This document shows positions 54,668-64,000 of a DNA stretch of 64,000 nt, piece by piece. Both the position numbers and the translations under genes were made by a program. The stretch covers positions 5,456,001 through 5,520,000 of the forward strand of contig OZ116705.1 in the NCBI GenBank assembly GCA_964199315.1, read 5' to 3'. How positions within the stretch are numbered: the stretch's first letter is position 1; every line of letters begins with the position of its first letter. Origin of the DNA: Orbicella franksi (Eukaryota). The notes below the pieces were generated by a model. The model ran no database searches. It saw nothing but the letters and a program-made list of their open reading frames with translations, and was not told the DNA's origin.

Positions 54668-54739
54668 TATCAGATACGTTAAGTAGGCGAGTCCACCAAA
54701 TGTTTTTGTTAAGTTAAGTGACTGTAATAAACTCCGTAC

Positions 54740-54840
54740 CTTGAGCGCACAGTGGAGACAGAAACTAGAGTCGCCAATACTGACACGACCACACATAGCA
54801 GTATGATAACTGCCGACTTCCAGTGCCTCTTTATACATAG
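54740..54840 (-). other. Candidate upstream exon of the MACPF gene encoding a hydrophobic signal/anchor helix
   Basis: Acceptor TTGTTTTCCAG, donor CAAG|GTACGG; frame 0 reads LCIKRHWKSAVIILLCVVVSVLATLVSVSTVRS; linkage to downstream exons not established. Confidence 0.35.
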
Positions 54841-55530
54841 CTGGAAAACAACATGAAAATGACGTCACCTATTTCCTTCCCTATTCTGTGAAAAGAGTTC
54901 TAACGTAACTGATTCAAATACAAGCCTTTATATTTATTTTGCAGTTTCCCTCTTTTGTGGTCAGTATGTCTAGATTCATCTTATCACAAAGTTTAGAACT
55001 GTGGGGCAGATTTAGAGCTGCCTTAAATTTTCGCGAAAATTTAAAGTGGCTCTGAATCTTTTTCGACGAATTTAATTTAATTTTGAATTAGGTAAAATGT
55101 CGGATCTCCACAACTAATCACCGTTCAACAATGAAAATAATGGGCCACCGAGCTCGATGTTGAGTTATTATTACCAAAAGCTAAACTTAGTGTGTTTCTG
55201 ACAGATTTTACTATTGCCATAATAACCAACCTATGATGTCAAGAAAATTGCCATAGGATGTTTACCGATGGTTAGGTATGTGTTTGATACCACTATTGTG
55301 CTATCACCTTACAGAGAAAGGTACTACCCATCCGCCAAAGTACATAGACGCTTAACAAGTACTAGAAATCGATGTCAGCCACCTTAAAATCCCATAGCAT
55401 GCCACGACGGCAACTCATATAAGAACTCCGCCAGCTCGATGCGGAAGTGCGAGGAAATCTTAGGCAGCTTTTGCTAAAGGTCATATTTACCACTGAGTTT
55501 TAACTCTAACCGGTAATGATCTGTTTGATA

Positions 55531-55766
55531 AAGCCTGGTTCACACTAGCGACATAACCACATAACGACATCGTCACGAACGACATAAAAAGGACGTTATC
55601 TCGACGTAAATTGGACGTTATGTTTGTAGCGTGAACATGTAGACATAATGACATATTAGCAACATAACAGCATGAACATAACGACATAAAGATTAAAACT
55701 GATCTTTTCCTTATGTCGTTATGTCGATGTCGCTATGTCGTTATGTCGCTATTGTGAGCCAGGCTT
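55531..55766. mobile_element. Palindromic MITE with internal (GACATAAC)-type repeats
   Basis: AAGCCTGGTTCACACTAGCGACATAAC / GTTATGTCGCTATTGTGAGCCAGGCTT. Confidence 0.8.
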
Positions 55767-57001
55767 AAGAGGGACTATTATAAGTAAGCTTCTCGCGGTC
55801 CCTTTCTGCATGATAGTCGAGAGCCTCAAACATGTACATGCAGCTCAGCAACACTGGAACGAGAAGAGAAAAACAAGAAGGGACTGGGGGAAACTCTCCC
55901 TCGACCTTCCACAGTTCATCGACGTCAGGCTCCTTCAGTCTCGCCGCTCTTTTGGCTAGTACTCTCGACATCCACAATGAAACAGCTAGAAGTCTAGATG
56001 AAAGGTATCCAGGAACTTTCAGTTTATTAGTATCAATCCTACCTTGGACTTTGTCAAACGTGCAGGATTAATTTCACCGACTTGACTCTCCAGAGCCTCT
56101 ATTTGTCTTTCCTGTTGCTCTACAGTTCGTGCAGTTTTATCCACCTCCTGTTGCAACTCAATGTTTTGCAGGTATCTAGCAGCTGGACCCTGCAGTGGGA
56201 AAGATATGTTTCAGACAAGGTTTATGCTTTGTTCTGGCTTTAACTGAGGGTAAAACCTTAAAATCGATAATGAAAAACAAAAGAGGGTGAACAAATGGAA
56301 GTCGAGAAAGAACACGTTGAGGGAATATAGGACAGCAAGAGAACACATAATAAAGGGACATATTACAGAAGCTTATCACATGGGCCTTGGCAGCTTAAAG
56401 GATCCCTTTATAGCCCACTCTTGACTCGTCAGTGGAAAGATCTTGCAAACGTCTTGGAACCCTAAAAGACGTCAGCCTCCCAGCTTATAATCAAAAAGCT
56501 GACGTGTAAAACGATGACAACTCGCTAACCAATCATAACAACCTTCCTGCCTCACAGATGAAAAAGGGTAAATTGTACGATTGATCAGTGGCGAGGAATG
56601 GTAAATGCGAGACTGTTTGCGAGATGGCATGACTATCGTTTTTTTTCCCAGCCCGAGAAAAGTTGACTTTAATTTCGAGACTGAGACTTCATGGTGTTTT
56701 AAGTGAGAGCGCGAGACGACCAGACTCGATCACATTTAGGGGTGGAACATTTATGTTTTGAAGGAGGGAGGGGGGGTTGGTTTTGAAAAAAATATCCTGC
56801 AATCGTGCACGCGACCCGCCTACGGAAATTCAGTGAGCTGAAAAAGGCATGTTACATGGAGAAAGAATACCATGCTTGCACATGTCCCGAGATAAAATAA
56901 AAATTCCTAGTGCATGAAAGAGCTGAAAAAAAAAAATTATACCTATACCGAATCACACCCCCCCCCCCCCCTCCCACTCAAAAGTCAAATGGTTCATCTC
57001 T

Positions 57002-57936
57002 TGGGATTGACCTTTTTCTTGGAAATTTGCTAGTTACATTATGGAAATTTCAAACCAAACAACGAGCATCTGTCATTTATATAAAAACAAACAAAAGAAT
57101 CAAGACAGTCACCAGTCGTACAAAAATCGACCGCTTCGAGATAGCTTCGTATAAGAATCAAGACTAGGAGTCGCATATAAACGCTAAAAAACACGAGCCT
57201 GCGTGACCAGTGAAATATAAAATTCGTCTACAATTGCAGTTTCCGAGACCCAGAATGTTTAAGGACCATTCGCCACCGTTTTGACTTAAAGTTAAAGGAG
57301 CGATGTATCAAATACTCGCTACTCATTCGTATAACGAAGGAAATCAATCTGGCAGTTTTCCAATATAAGAATCTTTACAAGATACTTTGATCGAATAGCT
57401 TATTGTATGAAATTAGCACTTTGATGATTAATTTGCCAGACCGTCCGCTTTGAAAGTCTTTGAGTCAATGCTGCTCGCAACCAGTTTTCATGTCTTTCTT
57501 TTTACCATTCCAAGCGTAACCGATGCCACATGCTCTTTTCTAAAGCAGAATTCTTTCAAGTCTTTACGTGGTTACCAATCTTACCTTACTCATGGTTTGC
57601 GTGTCTTAATAATAACAATTCTTGCTGGTCTAATGCTGAATTGCTGACTGCAAAGGGAGAATTCAACTTGGGCTTTTAAGCAGCGCTACTTGATGTCTGA
57701 AAACCAAGAAGCTGACTTCAGCACATCAATCGAAATTATTCAATGGCATTAGAGGTAATTTCATTGGTCCTTGAGCCTCGAGAACTATGACGCATGAATA
57801 TCTAACTTGGTTACGGATCTCGTGATTATTATTACATCATGTGGTTGGTTTATTTCCGTATTTCTATATTATCCGGTTTTTCCTAGTATTCTTAGCCATA
57901 AGCCAAGCTGATGTTATTTTTTCCTAAACGGGAAAA
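57002..57936 (+). repeat. Duplicated block A, copy 1 (~930 bp)
   Basis: Collinear with 59959-60887. Confidence 0.92.
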
Positions 57937-58033
57937 GGGTTTTGATCCAATTTATATCTCCTGTCGCGAGAGTTTTCGTATCTAGATCTTTCTTAGACAT
58001 CTGTAAAACAGAGATGACAAAAATTTCCAAGAG

Positions 58034-59118
58034 AGTTTGCGCTTTTGTGGCATAAAAGAGGTGTTACTAAATAGAGTAACGTGACGAGTAACGAGTAACA
58101 GAGTAACAGGAAGACGCGTGACGGGAAAAACTTTCAAAGGGTTAAAAATTCTGAAATCTTCTAAATATGCGTAAAAATCGATTGAAACAAATAGAAAGTA
58201 AAGGAAGCATGCTCGGCAAGGCACGAAACGCATCTTGCTCTATAGTATGTTTTCTGATTCGTGCGAAGACCGCCTATTTCAGCTTTATATCATTCCATGT
58301 AGAGGAGGGCGCTGGGATTTTCGGTTTTGCGGATTTGGTCGATTTTTGGTTCGGTTTTTCGGTTTTCGCACATTAAAACTGCGATTTTTCGGTTTTGCGT
58401 TTTTGTGCAGTTTGCGGGTTTTCTCCAATTTAGTCTTTGGTTTTCGGTTTTTGTCAACAATAATGGCGGTTTTTCGGATTTTTCTGTCCAATGCATTTAA
58501 TGGTTTTTCTGGTTTTGCCGTGGAAGTTACACCCTGGAGTCGCCCTAAACTGTAATTCCAAGTGACCTCTTATAAGCTTTCTTCCTAGACTTTCTTTTAG
58601 AGGAATGCATGACAAGCCTAGTCTCTTTAGCAGCTGTTATTTGGGTCGTAACGGCTGCTAAGCAGACTATGAAAAGCTAAAGATAACATCAAAGCAAACG
58701 ACTATTTCTCAAATATTACGCAGCTGGGATAATATCTTGTGGAGTTTAACCTTAGACTGTGGACCATCGAGTTTCTCCGCATTGCTCGATTGCGAGTTGT
58801 CTCTCCTTTTCGTACCGTGGCGGGACTAACATTGTACTCACTCGCTCCGTTAACGTGTGATAACAGCAATGGAGAGACTGTTTGTTTGGTTGTAAAATAA
58901 AACAGTTTGGTTATAAAATACAACTGCCATTGTGCCCACACAATGAAACGTCTTTTGAGGCAAAATTGTTTCACCATTTACATTCTGATTGGTAAATGGT
59001 AAACGTAATATAATGCAATGAAAGAGGGATTTCTTCGGCATAGTTCAACTGGAATAACTCAACAAAAGCTGCTTTGTTTCACGCGTCTAAGGGGAGCTGA
59101 GAGCATGTAGGAAATTTA
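58034..59118 (+). repeat. Duplicated block B, copy 1 (contains TTTTCGGTTTT-rich non-autonomous transposon-like repeat)
   Basis: Collinear with 62719-64000. Confidence 0.92.
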
Positions 59119-59692
59119 ACATAGTTAGTGTCCTATTCCTTAACTCCGAGTCCACTGGTGCGCTGGCTTTTCAGCTGGCTTTTGCGTCTGTTGATGATGA
59201 CTAAAAATATCCACATGCAGCTAATGACCAAAACAGCCCAATATCCCACTTGACTGGAATCATGTCTTGGAAACCGGATGTCTTTCTGGGGAATTTTGAA
59301 AGAGCGACATGCACAGGAACTATCTCGCAAAAACCCGATCTCGTGATTGAAACGGAATGAACTGATAGCATAGCGTGACAATGTGACAATATGCGCCGAA
59401 TCTCACAGTTGGAGTTCTGTGCCTGTGGTCATTTGGGGTAATGGTTTTTTAAACGTTTTTCTCAGAAAATGAACTACACACTTTGGAAGTGATGAGCGGA
59501 GACGGAAATCCCTCCTTTGTTTAATCATGTTTTTCTTGGCAGCTTTGAGGAATCCCTACATCTTCGTGTTTATAGGAAAAAAATCGAAGACGTACTGAGT
59601 TAGGTTTTGAGTTAGGTTTAGTACTTCTGACCCTGTCACTTTTAGTACTGCGCTTGTTGTTCGGCTCTTCGCCATTAAAATTTCCGCGTCAC

Positions 59693-59848
59693 TTTACGGC
59701 TGAACACTGGGAAGTAAAGTTGTGGCGGCGTGTTAGTTTTGGCTCCATTGTGGGTATAATACGCAATCCTCGGAGCATGTTTAGGCAGGTTTAATTTACA
59801 TCAGGAATCTGTCTACCTAGCCTTTAAATTCAGCGTAGTCATGGCCAG
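59693..59848 (+). repeat. Duplicated block C, copy 1
   Basis: Matches 62949-63102. Confidence 0.9.
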
Positions 59849-59958
59849 ATTCATAGGCCTGTTTTTTGCCTTAGCACTGTCCAAGCACCTTTTGTTGCAG
59901 GTTACGGAACATTACAGGTGCAATTCATCGGGAATATCCGGATGTGAGTGCTTGTTTC

Positions 59959-60887
59959 TGGGATTGACCTTTTTCTCGGAAATTTGCAAGTTCATTATGG
60001 AAATTCCAAACCAAACAACGAGCATCTGTCATTTATATAAAAACAAACAAAAGAATCAAGACAGTCACCAGTCTTACAAAAATCGACCGCTTCGAGATAG
60101 CTTCGTATAAGAATCAAGACTAGGAGTCGCATATAAACGCTAAAAAACACGAGCCTGCGTGACCAGTGAAATATAAAATTCGTCTACAGTTTTCCGAGAC
60201 CCAGAATGTTTAAGGACCATTCGCCACCGTTTTGAATTAAAATTAAAGGAGCGATGTATCAAATACTCACTACTCATTCGTATAACGAAGGAAATCAATC
60301 TGGCAGTTTTCCAATATAAGAATCTTTACAAGATACTTTGATCGAATAGCTTATTGTATGAAATTAGCACTTTGATGATTAATTTGCCAGACCGTGCGCT
60401 TTGAAAGTTTTTGAGTCAATGCTGCTCGCAGCCAGCTTTCATGTCTTTCTTTTCACCATTCCAAGCATAACCGACGCCACATGCGCTTTTCTAAAGCAGA
60501 ATTCTTTCATGTCTTTACGTTGTTACTAATCTTACCTTACTCATGGTTTGCGTGTCTTAAAAATTTACAATTCTTGCTGGTTTAATGCTGACTTCACAGG
60601 GAGACTTCAACTTGGGCTTTTAATTATATAATAATAATAATAATAATCAATATTTAAGAAGCTGACTTCAGCACATCAATCGAAATTATTCAATGGCATT
60701 AGAGATAATTTCATTGGTCCGTGAGCCTGGAGAACTATGACGCATGATTATCTAACTTGGTTACGGATCTCGTGATTATTATTACATCATGTGGTTCGTT
60801 TATTTCGGTATTTCTATTTTCCGGTTTTTCCTAGTATTCTTAGGCATAAGCTCTCAAGCTGATGTTATTTTTTCCTAAACGAGAAAA
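59959..60887 (+). repeat. Duplicated block A, copy 2
   Basis: Collinear with 57002-57936. Confidence 0.92.
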
Positions 60888-61799
60888 CAGTAGTCATGTT
60901 CTATCCCTGTGAGTTTTTCTGCTAGAAATAAAGCCCAACATCTACAATTTTTAGTTCAGTTTTCGTGGTTAAAAACTGTCTGTTGCGAAATACGTCGTCT
61001 CTGTCTTTGAAGCTCGGAATAGTACAAACGACTTAAAATATTGCTTCAGTGACAATAGTAAGTACACTTCTATACGATTTTTATTTTTTATTTTACTTCT
61101 ATATTAATATTTCTATACTTATTTATTTCGTCAGTATAGCAAGGCGGTTTATTAGATCAAAATGCAGTATACTTTTATCTTTTGTTCGTTAAGTGTTTTC
61201 GCTTTCGTAGAACACACAATTAAAACTGCAGGCCAAGCAGTGAAATACACTATGACAATCACTGCAATCGAAAGTCTCTGATATTGACACCAAAATGACG
61301 CTATAGCAAAGAAGCTTAGTCATAGCAATGTTAATTTTGAGGTGTTAATACTCAGTTCAGAGCTTAGGAAACTAGAACAGTAACCAAGCGCTGTTTGCAT
61401 AGATATCCGTGCCCAGCATGAGCGATATAGCGGAAATGAATAAAAATATTAAAGTTGTTTGAATATTGACTGGAAAGGCGCGCCATAAGTTGTTACCGCG
61501 TAATTACTTTAGCTTTAGACTGTAGACCCTCAACTCGTTAATTCACTCGCACTGTTCAGAATACAGAACATTTGTTTTCATCTGAGAATCTGACTTTTTG
61601 AGTCCCCAACCTTCCATCATTAAAATAATTACACAAAATGTCTGATGTATAAGTGAAAAAATAAAATACGAGTATGTATTGCGGATAATAGCTAGAAAAC
61701 GACTGTACTCTTAGAGCTGAATGATGGTCCTATTGACGACATGTTTACAGCTAACTTGAAAGTCGAAGTTAAAAAAAAAAAAAACGTGAATAACTAATA

Positions 61800-62108
61800 A
61801 AGGTCGGCACACACGGGGGGACTAATCCCTACGACTAGCCCCCGCAACAAGTCGCGGCCGGGGACAAGTCCCATCGTGTGAACTGGCCATTTTTGCCAAA
61901 AAATCTGGTCGCAGAGGACTAAATTTGGTCCCTGCGACTAGTCCCACGAATTCAAACCGGTTTGAATTTTTGGGACAAGTCCCTGCGACTTGCTCCTCAA
62001 AACGCTTCGTGTGAACTGTTCGTGGGACAAGTCCCTGCGACCAGTCCCTTCGTGTAAACTCTTCCGGGGACTAGTTGCTGGGACTAGTCTCTCGTGTGTG
62101 CCGACCTT
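61800..62108. mobile_element. MITE with AAGGTCGGCACACACG TIR
   Basis: AAGGTCGGCACACACG / CGTGTGTGCCGACCTT; internal GGGACTAGTCCC-type repeats. Confidence 0.8.
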
Positions 62109-62718
62109 AAGTCTAAAAAAGTTTCCATACCTATATGGTATTATTGCGGAATTACAAACTGCGTGGCAATGAAAATAATCCTTCAGGTCAACGCTCAGGA
62201 AATCCGTTATCGGTGACTCCTTCTCGAATAATAATAATAATAATAGTGAGTGGCAGAATATATAGTTTTCTTAGTAAAGCGGTTGATGGTTACTTTACTC
62301 CAGTGTGAAACGTTTCATCGTGTAACCGTTGTGTCACTGTTGTGGTTCACTATGTTGTGGTTCTTTATGTTGTGGTTAACGGTATCGTGGTTTTTTTTTT
62401 GTTTTGTTTTTTTGCCTTTTTCATAATATTAATCCTTTGGCTGAACGATATTAATCAATATTAATCCTTTGGCCGCACAGTAGGTGCACTGTAGTACGAC
62501 TGTATATGTAATAATCGAATACCATATTGTTTGCGGTCACTGTGATTCGTGAAAGCACCGTGCTGAAGCGCATGGCATCCGAGCGGTATAATGTCCGGGA
62601 GGTCTGCTTACAGGAATAAAGACCCTTTCACGGTCTCTGACGCCATGTCTACACACACCGTTCTTCAATGTTTTAGACGTCCTAACATTGAATAACATTG
62701 ACTGTTTCCGTGCTCTAA

Positions 62719-64000
62719 AGTTTGCGCTTTTGTGGCATAAAGGAGGTGTTACTAAACAGAGTAACATGACGAGTAACGAGTAACAGAGTAATAGGAAGAC
62801 GCGTGACGGGAAAAACTTTCAAAGGGTTAAAAATTGTGAAATCTTTTGAATGTGCGTAAAAACCGATTGAAACAAATAGGAAGTAAAGGAAGCATATTCG
62901 CCAAGGCACGAAAAGGCACTTCGCTATGTTCTCTGATTCGTGCGTTAATTTACGGCTGAACACTAGGAGGTAAAGGTGTGGCGGCGTGTTAATAGTTTTG
63001 GCTTCACTGTGGGTATAGTACGCAATCCCCGGAGCATGTTTAGGCAGGTTTACATGAGGAATCTGTCTACCTAACCTTTACATTCAGCGTAGTCATGGCC
63101 AGGCACCAAGGCACGAAAAGGCATTTCGCTATGCTCTCTGATTCTTGCAAAGGCCGCCTATTTCAGCTTTATATCATTCGATGTAGAAGGGGACGCTGGG
63201 GTTTTCGGTTTTGCGGATTTGGTCGATTATTGGTTCGGTTTTTCGGTTTTCGCACATTAAAACTGCGGTTTTTCGGTTTTGGGGTCAGGTGTGCGGTTTG
63301 CGGGTTTTCTCAATTTAGTCTTTGGTTTTCGGTTTTTGTCAACAATAATGGCGGTTTTTCGGATTTTTCTGTCCCATGCATTTTATGGTTTTTCTGGTTT
63401 TGCCGTGGAAGTTACTCCCTGGAGTCGCCCTAAACTGTAATTCCAAGTGACCTCTTATAAGCTTTCTTCCTAGACTTTCTTTTAGAGGAATGCATGACAA
63501 GCCTAGTCTCTTTAGCAGCTGTTATTTGGGTCGTAACGGCTGCCAAGCAGACTATGAAAGGCTAAAGATAAAATCAAAGCAACAGACTATTTCTCAAATA
63601 TTACGTAGCTGGGATAATATCTTGTGGAGTTTAACCTTAGACTGTGGACCATCGAGTTTCTCCGCACTGCTCGATTGCGAGTTGTCTCTCCCTTTCGTGG
63701 CGGGAATAACGTTGCACTCACTCGCTCCGTGCACGTGTAATAACAGCAAAGGAGAGACTGTTTGTTTGGTTTTAAAATATAGTAGTTTGGTTTTAAAATA
63801 CGACTGCCATTGTGCCTACACAAATGAAGCGTCTTTTGAGGCAAAATTGTTTCATCATTTACATTCTGATTGGTACTGGTAAACATAAGAGAATGCAATG
63901 AAAGAGGGACTTCTTCCACATAGTTTAACTGGAATAACTCAACAAAAGCTGCTTTGTTTCACGCGTTTAAGGGGAGCCGAGAATATGTAGGAAATTTACC
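62719..64000 (+). repeat. Duplicated block B, copy 2, with block C inserted; runs off the window end
   Basis: Collinear with 58034-59118 apart from the 62944-63105 insert. Confidence 0.92.

Noticed and set aside
55765-55977. MSRVLAKRAARLKEPDVDELWK as the first MACPF exon
   Set aside because: Joins plausibly to the 54840 exon, but the donor (GTCGAG) is weak and overlaps a degenerate MITE-like sequence
58235-63919. Phe/Gly-rich and related ORFs (58235-58555, 58702-58977, 63095-63433, 63490-63882, 63587-63919)
   Set aside because: Derived from duplicated non-coding repeat; frames and stops are not conserved between the two copies

Overview
Eukaryotic, intron-containing and MITE-dense DNA. The repeat families and gene content suggest a cnidarian, probably a stony coral (inference; not verified). 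Main content: (1) A tandem array of four + strand mono-ADP-ribosyltransferase (PARP/ARTD) genes, assembled by hand from GT-AG exons with intact frames. A (9135-14600, ~612 aa): CUE-like x2, Pro-rich, PARP. B (18736-23637, ~408 aa): Pro-rich, PARP. C (26847-38611, ~2046 aa): PARP14-like, with acidic tract, CUE-like domain, RGG region, RRM, KH-like region, 3 macrodomains, WWE and PARP. D (42340-45285, ~286 aa): WWE, PARP. All keep an H-Y-I triad, and almost all introns are phase 1. (2) A convergent - strand gene encoding MACPF plus two PAN/apple domains (47929-50645; 5' end unresolved). (3) A full-length but disabled RTE LINE (2835-5985) with a 13-bp TSD, whose first nucleotide is the predicted cleavage site of a twister ribozyme. 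(4) A second, internally deleted RTE, a LINE 3' remnant, SINE fragments, many MITEs (several nested), a 20-21-bp satellite at the left edge and a rearranged multi-kb duplication at the right edge. All domain calls are by-eye motif recognition; no database searches were run.
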